A DNA stretch of 64,000 nt from Candidatus Micrarchaeota archaeon (GTDB lineage: Archaea; Micrarchaeota; Micrarchaeia; Micrarchaeales; Micrarchaeaceae). Of this stretch, positions 9,121-17,769 are shown piece by piece. The position numbers and the translations under genes are program-made. The number at the start of each line of letters is the position of its first letter. Positions within the stretch are counted from its first letter, which is position 1. The notes beneath the pieces are model-generated. The model did no database searches, was not told where the DNA came from, and worked only from the letters and a program-made list of their open reading frames with translations. The stretch is from the NCBI GenBank assembly GCA_964433165.1, contig CAYSQH010000001.1, positions 5,823 through 69,822 of the forward strand, written 5' to 3'.

Positions 9121-9504
9121 ATGAGTATTTTTGAGAAACTTGGAAAATCTTTGGGCGTTTCATCGAAAGGTATCGATGTTGAGGACTACATGAATGCTGC
9201 CGAGATGGATGACGTAGACGTTATGCACGAGCCGGCTGACCACTACATAAAGCCGGTGGCGCTGCAGCAGCAGACAGATGTTGAGCTCATCAAGAAGGAG
9301 CTTGGCTCGTCCAACATCATACTCATGAACATATCGGAAATGGCGAAGAGGCCGAACACCCTCAAGGCGGTAATCGACGACCTGAAGGTGTACGTAGACA
9401 AGGTGAACGGGGACATAGCGAGGATAGACCAGGACAAGATACTGCTTACCCCTGGAAAGATAAAGATAATAAAGACGAAGAAGCCCGCAGGCCGCGACAA
9501 ATAA
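9121..9504 (+). CDS. sepF: SepF-like cell division protein (FtsZ membrane anchor)
   Basis: 127 aa with the DUF552/SepF core: IKPVALQQQTDVELIKKELGSSNIILMNISEM...DIARIDQDKILLTP. GGTGG lies 6 nt before the ATG, and an AT-rich TATA-like region lies upstream. Confidence 0.8.
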   Translation: MSIFEKLGKSLGVSSKGIDVEDYMNAAEMDDVDVMHEPADHYIKPVALQQQTDVELIKKELGSSNIILMNISEMAKRPNTLKAVIDDLKVYVDKVNGDIARIDQDKILLTPGKIKIIKTKKPAGRDK

Positions 9505-9528
9505 CGGATCGCAGGGCCTGCGCGCCCT

Positions 9529-10236
9529 TCATCTAGTTCTTTTTGATTTCCGTTTCCTTATTTTTGGCTCTCCGCTCCCAGCCATGGCTATCGAAATGGC
9601 GTTAACCTCCTTCTCGGTTGGCGATGCCCTCGACAACACATGCCTGAATGCCATCTTGACTGAGCGACGGTCCCTTATCCTCATGTTGGAATCCACCATC
9701 CGGCCGAATAACAGCAGTAAGCGGGCCTGAAGCTGCGCCGATGCAGACCTATCCTTCCTCCTTATGGAATTGACTATGGAGAACTCGTGCAGCAGTATGG
9801 CCAGCGCATGGGATATGTTGAGGACGGGGTATTCGGAGCTGGCCTCTATGAATACCGTGGCATCGCAGCCGCGCAGCTCCTCCTTTGAGAGCCCGGTGTC
9901 GTCCCTGCCAAGAAGTATGACCACGTCCTTTCCCGATGCGGTGGCCTGGGCTGCCATGCGGCTCGCTGCCCTTGCGCCATAAACGTTGTGGAAAGCCTCC
10001 TCCGCCTTGTGTGGTATGCTGGTAGTCCCGACAACAAAGGCATTGCCGCCTATCCTTGAGAGTCCATCAAGCACTGTTGCGCGGTCAAGCAGGTCCCTGG
10101 CATGCTTGGAGTACTTTATCGCCTGCTTGCCCTTACAGTCGCATCTTGGGGATATGATCACAAGCTTCTTTACCCCGAAGTTCTTCGATACCCTTGCTAT
10201 GTAGCCCAGGTTTATCTGGTACTTCGGACTCATCAC
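9529..10236 (-). CDS. SPOUT-family RNA 2'-O-methyltransferase (TrmJ/LasT-like)
   Basis: INLGYIARVSKNFGV, VILLGRDDTGLSKEEL and VLNISHALAILLHE match the SpoU/TrmH motif layout. Confidence 0.65.
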   Translation of the reverse strand: MMSPKYQINLGYIARVSKNFGVKKLVIISPRCDCKGKQAIKYSKHARDLLDRATVLDGLSRIGGNAFVVGTTSIPHKAEEAFHNVYGARAASRMAAQATASGKDVVILLGRDDTGLSKEELRGCDATVFIEASSEYPVLNISHALAILLHEFSIVNSIRRKDRSASAQLQARLLLLFGRMVDSNMRIRDRRSVKMAFRHVLSRASPTEKEVNAISIAMAGSGEPKIRKRKSKRTR

Positions 10237-10262
10237 AGCAACATGCAGTGCCGCGCAATCAC

Positions 10263-10958
10263 CTATATATGGATGAGCATGCCCCCTATGGAGAGGAAGG
10301 ACAGGATCGCAAGGAGATTGACAAGCATATGGCCCACTATGCTAGTGTATAGGGAACCGGTCCTCTTGAATGCATACCCGGCTATCAGCCCGAACATCAA
10401 TGCAGCGGCGAATTCGGATACGGAAAGGTAAGATGCGTGGAGCACCGCGAATATCAGGGCGCTGAACACTATGCCTATCCGCGGGACCATGAGCCCCCTG
10501 AACAGTATCTCCTCGTTTATCGGGGCTATGAGGAAAGTGAAGATGAGGAAGTAAAGCGGAAGCCCGTTTAGCACGGTCTGGACGTTGGTTGGTAGGAGTA
10601 TGCCTGTCGCATAGGAGAACAATGATATGGCAGCCCCGAAGGCGAGGACCACCAGGAACAGGGATACGCCATACGCGATGTTGCGCGGGTTGATCCCCTT
10701 CCTGGAAAGGCCGAGCTCAGGTATTATCTGACCAGGTCTCTTGCCCTTTATGAAAAGATATGATACGGCAAGCGCAGGAAATATGAAGGATAGGTCCATC
10801 GATGAGAGCGCCTCGGTAGTTGGCATGCCAATTGCTCCCAATACGTAAAGCGTAGGAATGAGGAATATCAGCGCGAAAAGTACTATTGTTATCGAGTAGC
10901 ACAAATACCTGGGCCATGACGCGGCATGAGATCTCCCGCCTCGCCTTCTTGGCCTCAT
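10263..10958 (-). CDS. CPBP-family intramembrane glutamic protease (CAAX protease-like)
   Basis: Motifs EEILFRG, FAVLHAS and VGHMLVN sit in a polytopic protein. I placed the start at the ATG at 10958, which overlaps the S27ae stop (ATGA), rather than at the listed 11054. Confidence 0.8.
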   Translation of the reverse strand: MRPRRRGGRSHAASWPRYLCYSITIVLFALIFLIPTLYVLGAIGMPTTEALSSMDLSFIFPALAVSYLFIKGKRPGQIIPELGLSRKGINPRNIAYGVSLFLVVLAFGAAISLFSYATGILLPTNVQTVLNGLPLYFLIFTFLIAPINEEILFRGLMVPRIGIVFSALIFAVLHASYLSVSEFAAALMFGLIAGYAFKRTGSLYTSIVGHMLVNLLAILSFLSIGGMLIHI

Positions 10959-11104
10959 GTAGTTCCTTTCTTCTGCTTGAACTCGGTGTATCCGCACCTT
11001 CCGCACGAGAACCTGTCTTGGTGGTCGGCCATCCTCGACTGGCACTTCGGGCACTGCCTTCCCTGGGAATACGCCTTGCGGTCCTTTTTCTTTTTGTCGG
11101 CCAT
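10955..11104 (-). CDS. rps27ae: 30S ribosomal protein S27ae (eS31), not in ORF track
   Basis: Manual translation gives [49 protein letters not shown] (49 aa, C4 zinc ribbon). It lies directly downstream of S24e, as in the conserved operon. Confidence 0.88.
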   Translation of the reverse strand: MADKKKKDRKAYSQGRQCPKCQSRMADHQDRFSCGRCGYTEFKQKKGTT

Positions 11105-11116
11105 TAGGTCACTCTC

Positions 11117-11458
11117 TTATGTGGCACCATCCTGCTGCGCTTCCTGCTCCTGCTTTGTGGCCTGCTCCCCGTTCTTCTTGGCCTTCTTAGCCCTCCTTGC
11201 CGCTATGTGACCAGGGATGCCGGACTTCATTCCCTCCTGTTTTGAATATGAATGGGCAAGGCCAGTGCTCTCCCTTGAGCCAAAGCCCTGGTCGACCTTG
11301 ATTATCTCCGTTGAGTCTGGGCTTATGCCAAGCTTCTTGCACAGCGCCTGCTTTATCTCGACTACGGAGGGGGTCCTGCCCTCGTTGCCCGCCCTGAACG
11401 TTATCTCCCTCCTTTCGAGCATCTTGTTTTCCTTGTCAGATATTATCTCAAGCTCCAC
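11117..11458 (-). CDS. rps24e: 30S ribosomal protein S24e
   Basis: The sequence MELEIISDKENKMLERREITFRAGNEGRTPS is typical of S24e. Confidence 0.9.
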   Translation of the reverse strand: MELEIISDKENKMLERREITFRAGNEGRTPSVVEIKQALCKKLGISPDSTEIIKVDQGFGSRESTGLAHSYSKQEGMKSGIPGHIAARRAKKAKKNGEQATKQEQEAQQDGAT

Positions 11459-11495
11459 TGAATCACTCGCCTCTCGTGTTTATCAATCGGTTAAT

Positions 11496-11897
11496 CTATG
11501 CACTCATTACCCTTGCGAGGGCCTTGCGCCCCATCGCCTCCATTACCTCCACCTCGGCGCCGGCGGCCACCTTGCCCTCCAGCTCCTCCGGTATCTTCAG
11601 CTCGTATACCTCGTAGGTATCGGAGTCCATAATCTGCGCGGTCTCGCCGCTCACTGACACGACCTGCGCCTTCCTTTTCTTTATGTTCGGCACCTCCACC
11701 TCCGCATGGCTCGGCTGCAGCAGGGTCTTCTTCTGCCCGTCGAATATGCCCATCGCTGTTATCCGCATTTTTGCGGAGCCGTGCTTCCCCGGCGAGCTTA
11801 TGTCTATGTCCACGACCTTGCAGGGAACCCCATCTATGAGTATGAACCTCCCCACCTTTATGTCCTTCGCGCTCTCAAAATATATGTCGCCTTCCAA
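11496..11897 (-). CDS. eif5a: translation initiation factor 5A (aIF5A)
   Basis: Hypusine loop SSPGKHGSAKMR. Length is 133 aa. Confidence 0.93.
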   Translation of the reverse strand: MEGDIYFESAKDIKVGRFILIDGVPCKVVDIDISSPGKHGSAKMRITAMGIFDGQKKTLLQPSHAEVEVPNIKKRKAQVVSVSGETAQIMDSDTYEVYELKIPEELEGKVAAGAEVEVMEAMGRKALARVMSA

Positions 11898-12037
11898 AAA
11901 ACCATCCGCTGATTCATTGAGATAGGATATTGAGAAGTGAAAGTATATAAGGCATTGTATCGGCCGCTGGACTCTCGGACCCGAGCGCGGCTACGCGCAA
12001 AGGAATAATCGCGGGAGAGGCGGCAGCACTTCCAGTA

Positions 12038-13066
12038 TTACAGGCTCTCCAGCCCTGCTATGTACGATGGGTCGGCATGGCTCTGGTCTAGCAGGGACGA
12101 TGCGGTGCCGAACTTGGGCTTCACTCCAGTAACTATGGACATCACCCTTATCTGGTCTTTGAATGTCGGCTCAAGCCTTGCACCAAATATGACGTTCGCG
12201 TTGTCGGATATCTGCTCCGTTACTCCAGCACCGACTGAGGTCGCCTCCTGGATCGTCAGACCGGTGCCTCCTGTCACGTGGACCAGAGCACTCTTAGCAC
12301 CCTCCATGTCGACATCGAGCAGCGGATGGGCTACCGTTGACCTTACCGCCTTGTCCACCTTGTCGGTTCCCGCGCCGTGGCCTATGTTTATCATCGCGGT
12401 CCCCGAATTCCCGAGTATTGACCTTACGTCGGCATAGTCTAGGTTTATCAGGCTCGGCATCGTGATCGTGTCCGCTATCCCCCTCACCGCATTGGATGCT
12501 ATGCTGTCTATCAGGTCGAAGGCCTTCTCTATTGGAAGGTTGGGCGCGTAGCTGAGCAGCCTGTCGTTCTCGATTATTACGGTGGTATCGGCGTACTTGC
12601 TGAGCTGCTCTATGCTCCAGTCGGCCTTCTTCTTTCTGCTTCTCTCAAGCGCGAACGGGTATGTTACGAATGCGACGGCCAGTGCTCCCTCCTCCTTTGC
12701 TATCTCTGCAATGACAGGCGCTGATCCGCCACCTGTTCCGCCGCCCATTCCTGCCGCTATGAACACTATATGGTAACCGCTTATCGCCTTCCTTATCTCG
12801 TCCCTGCTCGCATCGGCAGCCTTGGCCCCCATCTCCGGGAATCCTCCTGCGCCCTGGCCCCTTGTTATCTGCCCGCCGATGAGCATCCTCTTGTGGGCAT
12901 GGACTATGCTAAGGTGCTTGGCGTCAGTGTTTATTGCTATGGTGGTGGCACTCTTTATCCCATTGGTATACAACCGGTTTACAAGGTTGCTTCCCTGCCC
13001 GCCTGCACCAACAACTGCCAGCTTAACGGTAAAATCTTCTCCCTGATCGTACATCCAATCCACCAT
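12038..13066 (-). CDS. ftsZ: cell division GTPase FtsZ (paralog A)
   Basis: Contains GAGGQGSN, the tubulin signature GMGGGTGGGSAPVIA, and NLDYADV. Confidence 0.93.
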   Translation of the reverse strand: MVDWMYDQGEDFTVKLAVVGAGGQGSNLVNRLYTNGIKSATTIAINTDAKHLSIVHAHKRMLIGGQITRGQGAGGFPEMGAKAADASRDEIRKAISGYHIVFIAAGMGGGTGGGSAPVIAEIAKEEGALAVAFVTYPFALERSRKKKADWSIEQLSKYADTTVIIENDRLLSYAPNLPIEKAFDLIDSIASNAVRGIADTITMPSLINLDYADVRSILGNSGTAMINIGHGAGTDKVDKAVRSTVAHPLLDVDMEGAKSALVHVTGGTGLTIQEATSVGAGVTEQISDNANVIFGARLEPTFKDQIRVMSIVTGVKPKFGTASSLLDQSHADPSYIAGLESL

Positions 13067-13103
13067 TCGTTAAATATGAAAAAATAAAAAAGAGGTAGGC
13101 TCT

Positions 13104-14171
13104 TCAGCCTACCATTTCCAGACCATCGTATGAGGTCGACTTCCTGTCCTCGAGCTTCCCGGCTATGCTTGATCCGGTTATTCCCGTGACTATCGCGACT
13201 ATCTCTATCTGGTCCTCGTATCCAGGCATAAGGCGCGCGCCCCACTTGACGTTGCTGTTGGGGTCCATCTTGTCGGATATTATCTCCCCGGCCTTGATCG
13301 CATCGCCTATCGTCATTGATGCTCCTCCAGATATGTGTATGAGCGCTCCTGATGCACCCTCGAAGTCCACATCAAGCAGCTTGTTCTTCAGCACTCCATC
13401 GGATGCGGCATCGACCTTGTTGGTCCCCCTTCCCGAGCCCACGGCTATGAATCCCACTCCGCCGTTGCCCATGATTGACCTTACGTCCGCGAAGTCTATG
13501 TTTATAAGGCTCGGCTGCGTTATCGTCCATACCAGTCCGCCGACTGCCTTAGCAAGCACCTCGTCCGCAAGGGCGAATGCCTGGTCTATCGGCAGGTTTG
13601 GCACCAGCTTTACCAGACGGTTGTTGTCCAGTATTATGACGCTGTCGCAGTTCTTCCTCAGCCTCTGGATTCCCTCCTCGGCCTTTACCTTTCGCACCCT
13701 CTCAAGGTCGAACGGGTATGTCACGAACGCCACAACTATCGCGCCCTGCTCCTTGGCTATCTGCGCCGCGACGGATATGCTTCCGGAGCCCGTTCCACCT
13801 CCCATTCCGCAGCACAGGAATGCAAGCTGCGTATTGGCGAACACCTGCTCGAGCAGGTTCCTGTCGACCTCAGCAGCCTTGGCGCCTATCGTCGGATCTC
13901 CACCTGCACCCAGGCCCTTCGTCAGGGTCCTCCCAATCATAACCTTCTTGATTCGGTCGTCGATTATCTTGAAATGCTGCGCGTCGGTGTTGACTGCCAC
14001 GAAGTCGGTTCCCTTGACTCCTATCTTGAGCAGCCGGTTCACTATGTTGCAGCCTGCGCCTCCAAAACCTGCAGTGACTATCTTAATCTCAGATGAGCTG
14101 AATTCGTCACCCACGTTCCCACTCTGTCCTCCAGATCCTCCTCCAAATACGTCGTGTACCATATCGGTCAT
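13104..14171 (-). CDS. ftsZ: cell division GTPase FtsZ (paralog B)
   Basis: Contains GFGGAGCN, GMGGGTGSGSISVAA and NIDFADV. It lies 38 nt upstream of paralog A. Confidence 0.93.
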   Translation of the reverse strand: MTDMVHDVFGGGSGGQSGNVGDEFSSSEIKIVTAGFGGAGCNIVNRLLKIGVKGTDFVAVNTDAQHFKIIDDRIKKVMIGRTLTKGLGAGGDPTIGAKAAEVDRNLLEQVFANTQLAFLCCGMGGGTGSGSISVAAQIAKEQGAIVVAFVTYPFDLERVRKVKAEEGIQRLRKNCDSVIILDNNRLVKLVPNLPIDQAFALADEVLAKAVGGLVWTITQPSLINIDFADVRSIMGNGGVGFIAVGSGRGTNKVDAASDGVLKNKLLDVDFEGASGALIHISGGASMTIGDAIKAGEIISDKMDPNSNVKWGARLMPGYEDQIEIVAIVTGITGSSIAGKLEDRKSTSYDGLEMVG

Positions 14172-14337
14172 TTTGATCGCCTTGTCTAACTTAATCTGAT
14201 AAGCTTTAAAAACTTTTTGTTTTCCCTGTAAATAGGAGTAGTGCGGAAAACGGTGGGAAGCACTGCTGCTACCGGGATAAACCGTTATTTATCTAAATAT
14301 ATATACTTATACCAAGATAAACAGTTTGCCACTCCGG

Positions 14338-14973
14338 TCAGGTGATCGAAGCGGTGTAGTTGCCCGCGACAGAGCCAGAGGAGTTGAGCACCTCATACTC
14401 GGCATAGTTCGCCCCGGGGGCGGTGTAGTTTATCAACCAGACGTTGTAGAAGCCCCTGCCAAGCGGGGTGTCGTTCGCGCTGAGGTTAGCATAGAACCTC
14501 GCGTGCACCATTGTGTCATTGTAGCCGTACGCGTCGACATAATCCCTTATCGACGTTATGTTCTTGTTGTAGGACTGCGCTATCGCTATGTATGGCGAGC
14601 TTATGACGTATGACGGCGCGTCGGACAGGCCGTATATCACACACTTGCTAGTGTACATGTTGTCGATGCTGGGCACTAGCCCGGCCGCAGGATAGTCATA
14701 CGCCTCTATGAAAAGGGTCGGGCATGGCCTCGTGGCATTGTAGACTATGCTCAGCACGACGTTGTAGCTGTTCTTCTCTATGGTTGAGTTCGATATGCTG
14801 ACTATCGTTATGTTCGCGCCAGGATGGGTAGCCTTGAGGTCGTTAAGCACGAAGGCCTCCGCCTGCTGGGGCGTGGTCGGGTTCTGGCCGCTGTGCCTGG
14901 TTGCAAGATACAGCACGCTAAACGCAACTATCAGGAATACCCCTATTATCGCTACTTTCCCGATCAGGTCCAT
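14338..14973 (-). CDS. N-terminally anchored extracellular protein, N-glycosylation sequon rich
   Basis: Signal anchor VAIIGVFLIVAFSVLYL. Multiple N-x-S/T sites are present (NIT, NST, NAT, NIT, NDT, NLS, NYT, NSS). Confidence 0.55.
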   Translation of the reverse strand: MDLIGKVAIIGVFLIVAFSVLYLATRHSGQNPTTPQQAEAFVLNDLKATHPGANITIVSISNSTIEKNSYNVVLSIVYNATRPCPTLFIEAYDYPAAGLVPSIDNMYTSKCVIYGLSDAPSYVISSPYIAIAQSYNKNITSIRDYVDAYGYNDTMVHARFYANLSANDTPLGRGFYNVWLINYTAPGANYAEYEVLNSSGSVAGNYTASIT

Positions 14974-15012
14974 GGTTCATCTTCTCTGACAAGTAATTTA
15001 TACCGATGTTTT

Positions 15013-15924
15013 TCATTTCCTTTCTGAAAGGTACAGGAGCACCGCCTTTTCCAGCAGCAGCTTGTTCGCTGCCTGCTCCCAGACCGCGCTCCTCGGCCCG
15101 TCAATCACATCCGCAGATATCTCCTCGCCCCGGTGGGCGGGCAGCGGGTGCATGACGATGGAATCCCTCTTGGAAAGCGAGAGCGCATCTGCATCGAGAA
15201 TGTAATGGGAGAATCTCTCCTTGCGCTGAGCGGCCTCAGACTCGTCGCCCATGCTGACGAACGTATCGGTATAAACAACGTCTGCACCGCTAAGCCCCTC
15301 CTCTATGGAATCGTATACGCGGACATCCCCGTAGCCGCGCGCCTTGTTGTAGTACAGTGGATTCGGCGCCGTCCCCTTAGGACCGAGGAGGGCGACAGAA
15401 GCGCCCAACTGAACCGCGGTCATCATGAGCGAATTGGCAGTATTCTGCGCTATGTCCCCCATGAAGGCTATCCTTATTCCCTTGAGGCTACGGCCCTTAT
15501 GGGACCTTATGGTGTAGCAGTCGGCAAGCGCCTGGGTCGGGTGTTCAAGAAGCGTCAGTGCGTTTATCACGGGTACCGTAGAGTTGCGCGCTATTATGGA
15601 AAGCTCCTCGTCGCTCTTCATCCTTACCGCTATGAAGTCGCAATATGAGCTCAACACCTTGGCGGTGTCCGCAAGGGCCTCGCCCCTGGATATCTGCGAT
15701 GTGCCGACATCAATGTATATAGGCGTGCATCCGAGCTGCGCGGCTGCGACCTCAAACGATACCCTGGTGCGTGTCGACGGCTCCTCGAAAAGCAGCGCTA
15801 TCGTTGAACGCGACTGGAGGGCGAGCTCCTCCTTACCCGCGGACAGCTCATCGGCTATCCCGAATATTTCCTCTATCGAGTCCCTGGAGAGATCCATAGA
15901 GCTTAGCAGGTTCATGCAGCTCAA
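15013..15924 (-). CDS. argF: ornithine carbamoyltransferase
   Basis: Contains STRTRVSFE, HPTQALAD, DVVYTDTFVSMGDE and HPLPAHRGEEISADVIDGPRSAVWEQAANK. The SMG and HxLPAxRGxE motifs favour OTC over ATCase. Confidence 0.8.
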   Translation of the reverse strand: MSCMNLLSSMDLSRDSIEEIFGIADELSAGKEELALQSRSTIALLFEEPSTRTRVSFEVAAAQLGCTPIYIDVGTSQISRGEALADTAKVLSSYCDFIAVRMKSDEELSIIARNSTVPVINALTLLEHPTQALADCYTIRSHKGRSLKGIRIAFMGDIAQNTANSLMMTAVQLGASVALLGPKGTAPNPLYYNKARGYGDVRVYDSIEEGLSGADVVYTDTFVSMGDESEAAQRKERFSHYILDADALSLSKRDSIVMHPLPAHRGEEISADVIDGPRSAVWEQAANKLLLEKAVLLYLSERK

Positions 15925-16379
15925 CCGCCGAATATGGACCCGAACCCCGCATTGGCCTTCTCCTCCTCGTCCCTGATTATCCCGATTACCTTGTTCTCAT
16001 CGGGCTTCTGGGCCCTCTTTATCGTCTTGAATTCCGTGCCGAAGCGCTCCTCCGCCCCCTTCAGGAAATCGTCCGGAGCGCTTAGGAAAAGGTACATAAC
16101 ATCCTTGTTCAAGCCCATGGATGCCCCATCCCTAAGACTGTACTCCTGCCTTGCAAATATTATCCTGCCCTTTGGGCTTGTCTCGAGTTTCCTCAGTTCC
16201 TCAGCCACCTGCTTTTCCCTGGCTTCCATCGCGGCCTTTTCCTCCGGGGTGGGATTCTCCGGGTCCGCGGGCTTTATCTGCGGGGGCAGGGTATTGTTGT
16301 CCAGGTACGGATCGTATGATAGCACCTTCTTGAGCTCCTCTGATTCCGCCTTGCTGCACTCGTATACCCTTTCAGGCAT
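15921..16379 (-). CDS. hypothetical protein with acidic C-terminus ending in a ribosomal P-stalk-like tail (EEEKANAGFGSIFGG)
   Basis: 152-aa ORF that overlaps argF by 4 nt and follows S8e. No recognised family. Confidence 0.55.
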   Translation of the reverse strand: MPERVYECSKAESEELKKVLSYDPYLDNNTLPPQIKPADPENPTPEEKAAMEAREKQVAEELRKLETSPKGRIIFARQEYSLRDGASMGLNKDVMYLFLSAPDDFLKGAEERFGTEFKTIKRAQKPDENKVIGIIRDEEEKANAGFGSIFGG

Positions 16380-16388
16380 TCAATTACC

Positions 16389-16772
16389 TCAGATAAGCCT
16401 TGCGTTTATGCTCCCTTCCCTTCCGGGCCTGTTGAGCACCACCGCATTGCCGAGCTCGGTAGATATTACCGTCCCCTTGGTGATTATGTTCTGCCTTGCG
16501 AAGTTCCTGTTGTCCTTTGATTCGACCACGCCAGTTATCTTCGCCTTCCTGTATCCGTCCTTGGTGAGTAGGTTGGTGAATGCGGCCTTCTTAAACCTCA
16601 CGCCGGCATGGCCGCCCCTCCTCCTTACTGTGGTGTTCATCGTGACGTCAGACAGTTTGGTCGCGGAGAAATAGTTCCCTACCTCGCTCCTTCTCTTGTC
16701 CCTGAATTTTATGTTCCTCTTGCCGTTGCCCGAGGCCTTGGTTTTCGATCTCCTATGTATCTGTATGCCCAT
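16389..16772 (-). CDS. rps8e: 30S ribosomal protein S8e
   Basis: MGIQIHRRSKTKASGNGKR and the basic N-terminal region are typical of S8e. The start is placed at the internal ATG at 16772; the listed ORF starts at 16790. Confidence 0.85.
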   Translation of the reverse strand: MGIQIHRRSKTKASGNGKRNIKFRDKRRSEVGNYFSATKLSDVTMNTTVRRRGGHAGVRFKKAAFTNLLTKDGYRKAKITGVVESKDNRNFARQNIITKGTVISTELGNAVVLNRPGREGSINARLI

Positions 16773-16981
16773 TTGGCTCATCGTAATCACGCTGGAATAT
16801 TTTTTGCATTATCAATCTGATATGAATCTTATTAATTCTATCGAAAAAACGTCTGCGTTGCGGGAGTGCTGCCGCATGCCGTTCCGGTAAAGCATACGGC
16901 AGAATACTTTATATATTATGCTTCATAAAAGCTACCGCGACACAGTTTTTACGCCCTAAATGAGGGCAATGAGGTGCAGCC

Positions 16982-17431
16982 ATGGAAGTAGCCATTGATA
17001 GCAGGATAGCATCCAATTGCATGGGGATACAGGCCCACCACGCCATAAGGCGGATGGGCAACGAGGAGGAAAGGGCAGCGATAGCAACGGAGACCAAGGA
17101 TCAGAAAAGGCTGCTCCTTCTTGCGCTTGACACTAATCCCGCGGTCCTGAAAGGGGTTGCCGGCAACAGTAACAGCAGCGAGTTGGTGCTCAACGTCGCC
17201 GCTACAACAATACTGAAATGCGGCAAATGGCCATCGTACCGCGACGCGGCGATGCGCATAGCGACGAATCGCGATGGAGGCCGCGCGCTGGGAACCATCG
17301 CGGCATGCAACAGGAGGGAGATACTCAAGGCGATAGCCTCGAATTCGGGGGCGCCGGAGGAGCTCAGGACTAGCATTAACGAAAGGTTGAACTCGGGCAT
17401 AGCAGGCCTCTTCAGGAGGCACAGCAACTGA
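16982..17431 (+). CDS. hypothetical protein, possibly HEAT/PBS-lyase-like repeats
   Basis: 149-aa ORF with repeated ...N...L..IA.N... segments. It is followed after 11 nt by the tRNA-binding domain gene. The competing antisense ORFs look like shadows. Confidence 0.4.
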   Translation: MEVAIDSRIASNCMGIQAHHAIRRMGNEEERAAIATETKDQKRLLLLALDTNPAVLKGVAGNSNSSELVLNVAATTILKCGKWPSYRDAAMRIATNRDGGRALGTIAACNRREILKAIASNSGAPEELRTSINERLNSGIAGLFRRHSN

Positions 17432-17442
17432 ATCGCGATACA

Positions 17443-17769
17443 ATGTCCACGATAACCGATTTCTCCGCGCTCGGGCTCATGGTCGGAAGGATAACCGAGG
17501 TGGCGGATCTGGAGGGCGCGAGGAAGCCGATTTACAGACTGAAAGTAGACCTCGGGGAGGCAGGCATAAGGGATATAGCCGCGGGGCTGAAGGACCATTA
17601 TTCTCCGGAGCAGCTTCTCGGTACCGATGTAATAGTCGTGACCGGCCTTGAGCCGAGGAACATAGCGGGGTTCGTCTCGCAGGGAATGCTCCTTGCGGCG
17701 GAGGACGAAACGGGCGTCGCGCTGCTCAGGCCGGAAAGAACGCTAAAGCCGGGCAGCCCGGTGCGCTAG
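17443..17769 (+). CDS. stand-alone tRNA-binding domain protein (Trbp111/CsaA/MetRS C-terminal domain type)
   Basis: LMVGRITEVADLEGARKPIYRLKVDLGE...VIVVTGLEPRNIAGFVSQGMLLAAED is the OB-fold tRNA-binding domain. Confidence 0.85.
   Translation: MSTITDFSALGLMVGRITEVADLEGARKPIYRLKVDLGEAGIRDIAAGLKDHYSPEQLLGTDVIVVTGLEPRNIAGFVSQGMLLAAEDETGVALLRPERTLKPGSPVR

Noticed and set aside
10959-11054. N-terminal extension of the listed CPBP ORF.
   Set aside because: This region is occupied, in another frame of the same strand, by the S27ae gene. The ATGA junction at 10955-10958 gives a cleaner model.
13165-14199. Long plus-strand ORF (344 aa) antisense to FtsZ. Similar long antisense ORFs occur at 15934-16674, 19437-20360, 28508-29128, 49790-50773, 52719-53468, 61104-61673 and elsewhere.
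   Set aside because: These are shadow ORFs opposite strongly conserved genes. Their translations are low-complexity (Ser/Pro/Leu/Arg rich) with no motifs, and the opposite strand in each case encodes an unmistakable family.
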